From Chiloscyllium plagiosum (lineage: Eukaryota): a stretch of 64,000 nucleotides of DNA. The notes under the pieces were generated by a model. It worked only from the letters and a program-made list of their open reading frames with translations. It searched no databases and was not told where the DNA came from. This document shows, in pieces, positions 51,598 to 62,662 of the stretch; position 1 is the first letter of the stretch; each line of letters opens with the position of its first letter. A program made the translations under genes and the position numbers. Location: contig NC_057744.1 of assembly GCF_004010195.1 (NCBI RefSeq), positions 4,754,657-4,818,656 of the forward strand, read 5' to 3'.

Positions 51598-51930
51598 TGT
51601 GCAGCATGGTGGCTCAGTGGTTAGCAGGGACCCGGGTTCAATTCCAGTCTTGATGGACTGTCTGTGTCGAGTTTGCGCATTCTCGCCGTGTCTGTATGGG
51701 TTTCCTCTGGGTGCTCGGGTTTCTTCCCATGGTCCAAAGATATGCAGGTTAGCTGAAGTGGCCACGCTAAATTGCCCGTAGTGTTTAGGGATGTGCAGGT
51801 TAGGTGCATTAGTTGGAGGAAATCTAAAAGTACTAGGGTAGGGGAATGGGTCTGCATGGGATACTCTTCAAAGGGTTAGTGTGGACTTATAGGCCTAATG
51901 GCCTGTTTCCACCCTGTAGGGAGTTTATGA
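51598..51930 (+). mobile_element. HE1-like SINE, diverged
   Basis: gcagcatggtggctcagtggttagca..cccgggttcaattcc..gtttgcgcattctc.. Confidence 0.8.
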
Positions 51931-53119
51931 AAACATCTCGTCTGAGCACTTGCTCAAGCGATTCAAAGTTGCAATTTTCTTAAAATGAGAAAGAACCAGG
52001 AATCTATTCAAAGTTTTCTCTATGCATTTTTGGGTGGTGAAGTGTAAGTGGTCTGGGAGATGCAGGAGATTGGTTTAAGCTCAATAACAAAGACCCAAAG
52101 CTCCAAGGGCCCACAGTGCTGAGGTTGCAGGATTTACTGCTGTGCTTGGGCTAGGAAGTAAATTTCCAGGTCAAGAGAAGCACAGGGGTCTGTGCTTAGT
52201 GCTTAGAGTTAGGGACATAAATTATTGAGGTCTTCCGTGAACTTCCAAATGAATATAAAACTTCTACCTATCTCCTTGTTTGATATGGAACTTTAAAAAG
52301 GTGAGTTGGATGCTGACTTTAAACCAGAGAGTGCTGGAGAAACTCAGCAGGCCCGGCAGCATCTGTGCAAAGAGAAACAGAGTTAATGATTCAAGTCAAA
52401 TATGACTTATTGAGAACTGTGAATTGGATGCTGTTCTCTTGGTCAGGCAACAGTGTAAAGCAGTAACAAATAAATTGGATACACCAAATGCTGGAAATAT
52501 GTAACAGAGCAGTCAGCATCCACAGAAGTTACTGTTTGGAATGTAAACCTTTGCCATGGGTTTGTGTTGAATCACAGACTGATTTAATGCACCAGGCCAT
52601 TAAGTCCACCATGACTGTGTCAGCTCTTTGGTAGAGCCCTCCTGTTCATCCCAATTCACTACTCATTCACATTTTACCTTTCAGGTACTTATCCAATCCC
52701 CTTTTCACAATGTTACTATTGAATCTACCTCTGTGTTTGTTTTGGACAGTGTGTCCTACATCCGAACAACTCAATATGTAAAAGTAAAGCTTCCTTTGTT
52801 TGCCTGATTCGTTCATATATCATTTTGAATCTGTCTCCTGTGGTTTTACATTTTTCTCAGTTTTAATTTCCCCTCATCAAAGCATGAACAAATTTGAACA
52901 CCTCCATCAAATCTTCCCTGGTCTTAAATGAACAACCCCTGAGCTTAACCAGGGTAATTCTAAGATTTTCATTCCTTTTGGTGAAGTGAAATGAAAGTAA
53001 TATTTCTCCACTAAGATTTAAAAATAAACTGTAGTTGCTGGAGATCTGGAACAGTCAACAAGAGAAATAGCTGGAAAAACACAGCACAAAATTCAGCAGA
53101 TCTGGCATCATCTGTGGAC

Positions 53120-53908
53120 AAAGTTAAAAATCACACAACACCAGGTTATAGTTCAACAGATTTATTTAGAAGTACTAGCTTTCAGAGTGTTGATCAGGTA
53201 GCTAGTGGAATAGGATCATAGGACACAGAATTTATAGTAAAAGATCAGAGTGTTATACAACTAATGTGATGTATTGAACAAACCTAGATTGCTGTTAAGT
53301 CTTTAATCACTTAGAGTGGGTTTCAGGTTTTGTTTGATTAATATGTAAATCCCAGAACTTCTTTCAAGTCACAGTCTGGAGATAACTTAAGGTTTTATAA
53401 AAAAAGTGACATCTCAGCTCAGACAATGCATTAAAGGTGTGAGGATGAGTACTTCCCTATGATCTTCCCTACGCCTCCATTTCTCAGCCACCAAACCTTA
53501 AACAGCCACCAAACCTTAAACAGACCATTGTTCGCAGCAAACTGCCCAGCAACATCAACCATAACACCATACAACAAGAGTTGGCCCATGTGTCGACATG
53601 GATACCACCATTACACGTGGGGAGACCACCCACCATGTACTCAGCATGTACTCATGTGACTTGGCCAATGTCGTCTATCTCATTCACCGCAGGCGAGGAT
53701 GTCCTGAGGCATGGTACATTGGCAAGGTCAAGCAGACGCTATGACAACGGATGAATGGACACTGCGCAACAATCACCGGACAGGGGTGTTTCCTCCTGGT
53801 CAGGTAGCACTTCATTGGTCAGGCTGAACCTCGGATCTTCGGGTGACCATCCTCCAGGGTGGACTTCAGGATACACAACAAGGCAGAGTTACCAAGCAGA
53901 GGCTGATA
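53120..53908. mobile_element. Family B PLE: inverted terminal segment then plus-strand GIY-YIG endonuclease fragment
   Basis: ANVVYLIHRRRGCPEAWYIGKVKQTL*QRMNGH at ~53664-53762; family B tail in antisense at 53120-53445. Confidence 0.8.
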
Positions 53909-54029
53909 GGAGAAAGTGAGGACTGCAGATGCTGGAGAGTTGAAAAATGTGGCACTGGAAAAGCACAGCAGGTCAGGTAGCATCTGAGGAGCAGGAGAGT
54001 CAATGTTTTGGGCATAAGCCCTAGGAAGA

Positions 54030-55150
54030 AGGCTGAAAAGCAGGACGTCCAAGCTGGTTATCTCCGGTTTGCTTCCAGTTCCTCGGGCTGGTGTGGCCAG
54101 AAACAGGGAGATAATGGACTTGAACGTGTGGCTGGGGAATTGGTGCAGGAAGCAAGGATTTAAATTCTTGGATCACTGGGGTATATTTTGTGGTAAGCAT
54201 AAATTATACAAGAGAGACGGTTTGCACCTTAATAGGTTAGGGACCAGCATTCTGGCAGGCAGGTTTGCTACTGCAATACAGCTACGTTTAAACGAAGTAG
54301 CGGCGGGGGAGGGGACAAATTTGATGTTTAAGAAGGAAATTGAAGGGAAAGTTAGAACAAGGAAAGTCAAAAAAGACAACTGTATCAATGAGGCAGAAAA
54401 CTCAGAAAGGGATCATGCTGTAAGGTTGAGTGAAATAGGAGTTGATGGGAAGGGTTAGGGCAGTAACAAATTAAAATGACTATACATGAATGCATGAAGC
54501 ATTAGAAATAAGATGGATGAGCTTCAGGCTCTTTTGGAAATTGGCAGATACGATATTGTGGGGATAACTGAGATGTGGCTTCAAGTGGACAGGGCCTGGG
54601 AAATAAATATTCAAGGCTACACATGCTATCGTGAGGACAGACTGATAGGCAGAGGGGGTGGGGTGGTCATGTTGGTAAGGGATGATATTCAGTCCCTTGC
54701 GCGGGGGGACCTAGAATCAGGGGATGTAGAGTCAGTGTGGATAGAGCTGAGAAATATTAAGGGTAAAAAGACCCTCTTGGGAGTTATCTACAGGCCCCCA
54801 AACAGTAGTCTGGATGTCGGATGTAAATTGAATCAGGAGCTGAAATTGGCCTGTTGCAAAGATGTTACTACAGTTGTTATGGGGGTTTCAACATGCAGGT
54901 AGACTGGGAGAATCAGGACAGTATTTGACCTCAAGAAAGAGACTTGTGGAGTGCCTCCGAGATGGATTCTTAGAACAGCTGGTGCTGGAGCCGACCAGGG
55001 AGAAGGCAATTCTGGATCTGGTATTGTGCAACGAACCAGAATTGGTCAGGGACCTCGAAGTGAAGGAGCCATTGGGAAATAGTGACCATAATACAATAAG
55101 CTTCAATATGCAATTTGAGGGGGAGAGGGCACAATCGGAAGTGACAATAT
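54030..55150 (+). mobile_element. CR1-like LINE fragment (ORF1 SGNH-esterase-like end + ORF2 endonuclease)
   Basis: LNVWLGNWCRKQGFKFLDHW..YKRDGLHLN; YDIVGITEMW, GGGV, GVIYRPP, EPTREKAILDLVL, LGNSDHN. Confidence 0.88.
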
Positions 55151-55779
55151 TTCTGCAATAGACATGTTCTTAGGCTAAATTAGAACACAACATGTGAACA
55201 CACACATGAATATGTGATAGAAGAAACACATTTAAATAATTACATAATCTTTACTTAGGGAGCACATTAGTGTTTATACTTTTGAATTGTCATAGAAAAA
55301 TTTGAAGTGCTGCCGCTAAACTTATTTAGTGTATGGATTTGGAAAATTCTCCAAACTAACCACTCCCTTAGCAAAGCTGGTCCACAACAGATACAACACT
55401 GGCGCTGACCTGACAATATTAAAAAGTGCCTAGCATATATGAAGCAAATTCAACAAGGCTAATAACTGCCTTATCAGTCTACTCTCGACTGTCAGCAAGA
55501 GAGATGAAAAGGGTGCTATCAGGTAGCACTTATAAAAGAATAACCTGCTTACTGATGCTCAGTTTGTGTTCCACTAGAGCTGCTCAGCTCCTGGCTTGCT
55601 CTAAACACAGTCAAAAGTGCTGAGTTCCAGAGGTGATGAAGTAGTGACAGCTCTTGTGATCAAGGCAGCATCGTGAGGGCTACCACTGCGCAGAAACACC
55701 AACACATTCCACCCCTTAAATTCACCTGGACCATTTTTGACACCTTTTTCCCCTTCCTGGACCTCTCCATCTCCATCAT

Positions 55780-56612
55780 TAGGTGAGTGGTCTGATGCAT
55801 GGCAGATGCAGTTTAATGTGGATAAATGTATGGTTATTCACTTTGGTGGCAAGAACAGGAAGGCAGATTACTACCTAAATGGAATCAATTTAGGTAAAGG
55901 GGCAGTACAGAGAGATCTGGGTGTTCTTGTACACCAGTCAATGAAGGTAAGCATGCAGGTACAGCAGGTAGTGAAGAAGGCTAATAGCATGCTAGCCTTC
56001 ATAACAAGAGGGATTGGTATAGAAGCAAAGAGATTATTCTGCAGCTGTAGAGACCACACCTGGAGTACTGTGTGCAGTTCTGGTCTCCAAATTTGAGGAA
56101 AGACATTCTAGCTATTGAGGGAGTGCAGCGTAGGTTCACGAGGTCAATTCCTGGAATGGCGGGACTACCTTACACTGAAAGACTGGAGCGACTGGGCTTG
56201 TATACCCTTGAGTTTAGAAGACTGAGAGGGGATCTGATTGAGACATAACAGATTATTAAAGGATTGGACACTTTGGGGGGCAAGAAACATGTTTCCGCTG
56301 ATGGGTGAGTGCCAAACCAGAGGACACAGCTTAAAAATATGGGGTGGACCATTTAGGACAGAGATGAGGAGAAACTTCTTCACCCAGAGAGTGGTGGCTG
56401 TGTGGAATGCTCTGCCCCAGAGGGCAGTGGAGGCCCAGTCTCTGGATTCATTTAAGAAAGAGTTGGATAGCGCTCTCAAGGATAGTGGAATCAAGGGTTA
56501 TGGAGATAAGGCAGGAACAGGATACTGATTAAGGATGATCAGCCATGATCATATTGAATGGTGGTGCAGGCTCGAAGGGCAGAATGGCCTACTCCTGCAC
56601 CTATTGTCTATT
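55780..56612 (+). mobile_element. CR1-like LINE 3' end
   Basis: WQMQFNVDKCMVIHFG..QRDLGVLV; TRGHSLK..RRNFFTQRVVAVWNALP. Confidence 0.88.
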
Positions 56613-57350
56613 GTTCATGTCACAATACTGGCGACCCCACTACACTATACACACTCACACATTCTTACACACAATCACACTCACACAGACCTTCTCTCAT
56701 ACACTTGCTCTCTCTCAGACCAACATCCATACCCACGTACACACCTTCTCACAGGCATATGCTCTGTCACACTTGTGTACACACTCTATCAAGCACGGAC
56801 ACATGCACACATACTCTCACACTTTCCCTCTCCCAAACACACACACAAACACACTCTCCCTCTCTCTCTCCCACACACATATCAGTCTATGTTGAAATTG
56901 CAGACTTGTATTTGCAGATACATTCCATTTTGTTCACAAGGCACACAATCTGTAGGCAGTCAGTCCATGTGACATTTTATAAATTCCTACTTTGAAAATA
57001 GACCCATCTGACTCAAAGTTGGGATATAGACAGAGTCTAAACTCACACCATTAATGCATTGTCTGAGCTGAGATGTCACTTTTTTTATACACTGATGAAA
57101 CCTTAAGTTATCTCGGGGCAGTAAATTCTGGGATTTACATATTAATCAAAACCTGCAGCACCCCATTCTAAGTAATTAAAGACATCTGGGTTTGTCTAAT
57201 ACATCGCATCAGTTGTATGACACGTTGATTTTCTTTCTTATAAATTCTGTGCACTATGATCCTACCCCACCCCAACACCGCTCCGAAACCTTCCACTTCC
57301 AAGCAGACCCGTTGGACTATAACCTGGTGTGGTGTGATTGCTTTTTTAAC
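56613..57350 (+). mobile_element. Family B PLE 3' region (CA-rich tract and tail), probably continuing 53450-53908
   Basis: Same layout as 20330-20992; ends gttggactataacctggtgtggtgtgatt. Confidence 0.65.
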
Positions 57351-57559
57351 TCTTCAGACACAGCTCTTTTTCTGTCTCCACCAAACTTGCTGAGTTTCTC
57401 CAGCACGTCCTGTTTTTAATATTTTTGCAGATTGTCTTTTTTGTCACCGTCAAGTCTAGCCCTGACAATTTCCATTGTTCGAGACACGTGCAACAAACAG
57501 GTAACAGGAAACTACTATCGGGCGTGTGGTTTCGATTCAGTTACAGTACACGGAATGTA

Positions 57560-58290
57560 TTGCACGGGCAAATACACTCAACACACGGGGGAAGAGATAT
57601 CCCATCGGTGTAACTCCGCCTGTAACCTGTGATGTAAGGACGCTGTGCATTGAGTAGAGACGCTGTGAGACACTCGGCTAATCTCTTTGACAAACCATCT
57701 TGGGGAGCTGTTGCAAGTTTGTTACAGTCAGTGCTGACAGCCCAGCCGGTTAGCGGGGTCGCCCTGATGATCTGTGTGCTGCTCGTCGCTGGACATGGGA
57801 CATTGCTGGAGAGCGAGATCAAGGTGATTACTGCAACTTGCCTCACCAACAGTGCATTGAGTTTGAACCCTTTGAGAGCTCCGCATCTTATAGTCCCAAA
57901 GTGACGGATTTCTATCGCCTCGGGGCCTCTTTCGGCCATGATTCAGGATTGAGGAGCGACAGGGTTGTAAATGCATTAGAGCAGTCAGCATCCCTGCAGA
58001 GCTTTAGGCTGGATTCCCGGTCTCTACAACACCTCTTGGGCCTTATTCCCGCGTTCACATCCAATCTGTACCAGCAGACTTCACTTATGGCGCTTCTGGA
58101 ATTGTTCACAAGAAATGTGGGGGCGAACAACTGCAGCTCGTTCTGGGGAAGTTACATGGTCTTGCTTTATCTCGTGTGTAAAGGTTTCGTGTCCAAGTCC
58201 AAAGTCGATACGGAGCTGGCTCTTAGCTGCAAATCTTACAGTCAGAAAACCCTGTGAGTTCCCATTGCCAACTGCTTCACAACCGAATAC
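57560..58290 (+). pseudogene. Candidate endogenous bornavirus-like nucleoprotein (EBLN) element, frameshifted and 3'-truncated
   Basis: Collinear motifs versus Borna disease virus N recalled from memory: [61 protein letters not shown]-x9-KVTDFY/P-x9-[40 protein letters not shown]-x10-SYSQKT/FESPGK-x10-SYAQMT. Unique, CpG-rich and intronless. Confidence 0.6.
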
Positions 58291-58459
58291 TCCATCAAAT
58301 GGCAATGTTTCACATCATCTCTCAATCCTAGCATCCTCAACCTCCATTTCTCCTGCTACATGCATTAACGTTCAGCAGTAGCCATGCAAGGGTGACAATA
58401 CAACAGCTAATTCAGTGTATCCTTGTTAGAGGGACAGAACCTGGCATTTATATGTCACC

Positions 58460-58539
58460 AGAGTTGAAAAATGTCGTGCTGGAAAAACACAGCAGACCAG
58501 GCAGCATCCAAGGAGCAGGAAAATCGACGTTTCGGGCAA
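58460..58539 (-). mobile_element. Family A PLE fragment, 14-bp TSD
   Basis: atttatatgtcacc at 58446-58459 and 58540-58553. Confidence 0.75.
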
Positions 58540-59238
58540 ATTTATATGTCACCGTTCATTACCTCAAAGGTCTCATAAAAAAATTATAGACCAGAAAGTT
58601 TCTTTGAAGTGTAATCATGGTTGTAGAGAAATTGAAATTATTCCCAATGCCTTAACTTCCTGGTTCCTGTCCATCACCCATGTACTTGTGGGCTCTTTCC
58701 TCACAACAGCCATATCACACAGGCTGGACAAACAACATCTCATTTCAGCTTGGGGACCTTGCAGCACCCACTTCGCAATACAGTTAAATAAGTGGATGTA
58801 CGTATCCAGAACCTCAACCTGAGCTGCAAATCTTTTCAAAACTGACCAATTAAATAAGTTTCGAGCCTGACCATCTCCCACCGTGTGCTTTACCCATTAC
58901 CCCCCCTTCCCGCCATGATATGAGTTGCTTTCAGCTCAGCCAACCCATGTTTCACACAATCATAGTTCCCCATTATCACCTATCTAGTTTATCTTCTTCC
59001 CTAGCTTATTATCCACAATTCCTATGTCTGCCTAACTTTTCTCCCCCCTCTCTATCTGGGCTTTGTTTCCACCTATCACTCATGCCTGCCCCATGCTCTA
59101 AATACCTGAAGGATACTCTGAAGGGTAGAGTGCTGTCATTACAACACAAGTTTTGATTTGATTTGATTTGGTTTCTGTCACTGTTAGATACAGTGAAAAG
59201 TATTGTTTTGCTTGCTTTCCAAGCAAATCTGTAAGTAC

Positions 59239-60081
59239 GAGTCGAGAGTGTGCTGCTGGAAAAGCACAGGAGGTCAGGCAGCACCCAAGGAGCAGGAGAA
59301 TTGAAGTTTCAGCATAAACCCATCATCAGGAAAACATTGATTCTCCTGCTCCTTGGTGTTATGGACTAGGCCAGACCACACAAAACATTCTTGAGCAGAC
59401 AGCCCCAGACCATAACTTTGCAATTTGTTTCAGTAAGTGTACAGTGAAAAATTACCCAGAGTAAGATAACTAGGTTGACTACTAGATTTTAAAACAGACA
59501 AAAAATTTATTCATAAAAGTACACAATGAAACACAAAGAACAGAATAAAGAACCCCTACAGAACTCAGCCTATCCAACTAGACTTAATTATGCTGATCCA
59601 AATACATACAACAGTCCCAAAAAACAAACTGCCTTTAAAAACCAGTATAAATGGAACACATGCTTACAGGTTGAAGTTGAAGGGCAGAAAAGAGAGAGAG
59701 AGTTTCCACACAGCTCCCTGTTGACCTTCCCAATAAGACTGAACTAAAACTGCTCGGCTCAGCTAGAAAGCTGACCACTCCCCTTTCATTATACAGGTCA
59801 CTTCTAAAACATGACCACTTTGGCCTGAAGTCTCATCTATTTACATATTAACCAAAGGCCTCTCAAAATCCTTTTCACCTCTGTACCAAACCAGACTGAT
59901 CGGAACCTGGCCTGGTTTATTGCCCCGCTGAAAAAAATCAAGGACAGAGTCTCCTTGAGCCAAAGAACAGTTTCTAGAAAAAAAGGAACTAGCTTTGTGA
60001 CATCAAATGCTGCTTAACATGCTGTACCTTTCCAGCATCACACTCTTGACACTCTCCAGCGTCTGCAGTCCTCACTTTCTC
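59239..60081. mobile_element. Family A fold-back PLE split by an LTR-like insert
   Basis: caaatctgtaagtac at 59224-59238 and 60082-60096; the right arm resumes at 60003. Confidence 0.75.
59357..60002 (-). mobile_element. Putative solo LTR (646 bp)
   Basis: TGT...ACA termini; cleanly interrupts the PLE arm; minus-strand AATAAA ~59506. Confidence 0.6.
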
Positions 60082-61904
60082 CAAATCTGTAAGTACATCA
60101 GGGTAAAGAACAGAATGTGTTACTGTGAAAGAGAAAGATCAACTCTAATGTATGAGGGGTCCTTTCAAAATAACATGTAAAGTGAACAAATATTGAAACA
60201 TTGCTATGTAACCATGGGCAGAGGTATGTATAGAAATTGCAGAGATCCCATGCTACTTTCCAAATACAATCCATAGTCATTGGACATTGTGTCCATAGAC
60301 TCTTGGTCTTGAGCCTATTCAGCTGATGTAGTAACATAAAGTGCTCCAAGTCTGTTTTGTTTATCGTATTATTAAGTCTGTTAATTATTGTCATATCCTG
60401 ACTAGGAATACACTGACAGGAGATGCATCATGTTGCTGCCCTAATTACAGGGTTCAAGCAGTCAGTGTGAGTTTTATTCAAATGCAGTATTTCTCACAGG
60501 TTGTAATCAACAATTGCCCCAGTACTAAATCCAAAACAGTAACCAGGCTTAATTAATGACCCCATCCAGTTGTAAGGAGCAAATTAAGCTTATCGGATAA
60601 TTACAAGTTGTAAGGAATAATAAAAAATCCTCAAATCATTGTAATATTCCAAATTTAAATGACCTACATTTAAAACTTTTAATTATTTGTTTTTAAACTA
60701 ACAAAAAAATGAACAAAACTAAACTAGATTGCTGATGGATGTTTGGATGTTGTAGTTTGTGAGTGGAATATGCTTGGAATGTGACACTATCATTGCCTCT
60801 GCTGTTAGGGTCTATGTTGTCATTTAAAATCCTTCACAAATTAAATGGTGGTGTACCAGGGGCCCATGCAGTCAGCACGTCACATACCAAGTCTCTAAAT
60901 TGCACAGTGCCTTAGTTACACAAAGCCAGTGATCCTTGCAGTATCCCAGATTTGCAATATCTCCTGCCCACAGAACCCTATCCACGCAATAACAAGTCTC
61001 AGTGCCTGTCTACCCAGAGTCCTTCAAATCATACTGTGTCTGTGTACTAACTCCATGTCCACTAAATACTCTCACACTCAACCTTCCCACTCCACATCCC
61101 TTGAGACCCTACTTACTTTCCTTTGTTGAAGTAATAGCAAAATACTGTGCCAGACCTGCTGAGTTTTTTTTCCTTTGTTGAAGACTTTCTGGAACCAATT
61201 GTCATTCTTCAAAAGATTTAACAAAACTTTCCGTTCCAATAGTTCTTAAATTCATAAAGGGTAAGTGTAGTGATTGTAATGAGGTCAGCCAGGTGGACCT
61301 CAATGAATATGAGTTCCTTGATTGGGGCCGTCAATCTGGTCCACTCAGGGAGCCCTGGCTGACACATAAGAACAGGAATGTAAGGCATTCTGTTCACTCT
61401 TAGAGCTGGTTCTTAGGGAGCTGGATCACTGTTAACGACTCTCCACTTATATAAATGGTGACTTGGTGACGGGATACCAGCCTTAGTGGAGGTATTTCAG
61501 TAAGCTTGACCAATAAAGTTATCTTCAGCATTCCCTATGAGTACTGAGAAAGCATTCCTTCTCTATTTGTTTCTCAGTCTATTTCTGTATCTACCTTTGC
61601 TTGAGAAAGAAGGGGAGAGAGGTGTGATTAAGTGTTAAGTAAATTGGCCATGCTAAATTGCCCATAGTATTCAGAGATATGTAGGTTAGTTCATTAGTCA
61701 GAGGAAATATAGAGTAATAGGGTAGGGAATAGGTCTGGGTGGGATACTTTTCAGAGGGTTGGTGTAGACTGGTTGTGCCAAGTAGCCTGTTTCCACACTG
61801 TAGGGATTCTGTGATTCTAAGATTCCATGATAGTTTATGGCTACACTATTTTAAATATTTCAATGTTGTAATGTCTTCTATGAAGTAACATTTTACCTCT
61901 GACA

Positions 61905-62662
61905 TAATTTGGAGATGTCGGTGTTGGACTGGAGTGTACAAAGTTAAAAATCACACAACACCAGGTTATAGTCCAACAGATTTAATTGGAAGCACTAGCT
62001 TTCAGAGCGCCGCTCCTTCATCAGGTGATTGTGGAGGACACAATTGTACGGCACAGAATTTATAGCAAAAATTTACAGAAATCATACATTGAAAAATCCT
62101 TGATTGTCTGTTGAGTCTTTCATCTGTTCGAATACCATGATAGTTTCACTTCTTTCATGTGTAAATCACAAAACCTTTTTTTAAAAGTTGCATTCTCATG
62201 TTAGCTGTAACAATTGATGTTAGCTAGACAATATGTTGAAGGTGTTAGCCCCCTGTGTTCTCTGTCTATGCCAAGATGTTTAGATTTATTCTAATCTAAA
62301 AAGTGAGATAACAGTTTTACATGAATTCATACAGTTTTTGAGCTGCACTCACTACACACACATATACACTCTCTCACACTCACAACCCCCAACCCAGAGA
62401 GACACACACACACAGACACAAAGACCCACATGCACACGTATATTTTGTGGGGTGAATTTGTACTTGCAGAGTTACATTATACGTTGTTCAAAAACTGCAT
62501 AGATTTATGTAAAACTCTGAGCTCAAAAACTGCATGAGCTCAAAATTCTGTGCCTGACAATTGTGTCCTCCACAATCACCTGATGAAGAAGCGTTGCTCC
62601 GAAAGCTAGTGCTTCCAATTAAACCTGTTGGACTATAACCTGGTGTTGTGTGATTTTTAACC
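61905..62662. mobile_element. Family B PLE, long inverted configuration with two outward-facing hammerhead motifs
   Basis: Minus CACCTGATGAAGGAGCGGCGCTCTGAAAGCTAGTG (61993-62027) and plus CACCTGATGAAGAAGCGTTGCTCCGAAAGCTAGTG (62577-62611); acctctgacataat at both flanks (~61895 and ~62660). Confidence 0.8.

Noticed and set aside
56535-56995. His/Thr-rich ORFs in three frames (also 20299-20577)
   Set aside because: Translation of the CA-rich tract of family B PLEs.
57476-57500. tgttcg..caacaaac resembles the bornavirus antigenome leader
   Set aside because: Only about 8 matching nucleotides, which is not distinguishable from chance.
57680-57730. LFDKPSWGAVASLL resembles a Bcl-2 BH1 motif
   Set aside because: It lacks the NWGR arginine and any BH2; the collinear bornavirus N match explains much more of the block.
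57431-58253. Reading this block as a host exon (tttttgcag|...|gtgagt) or as TECTA, the human neighbour upstream of SC5D
   Set aside because: No frame is open across it. The apparent acceptor looks like the end of the preceding repeat. The C8-like CNKQV..YYRACGFD lacks the remaining cysteine pattern, and there are no ZP or VWD motifs.
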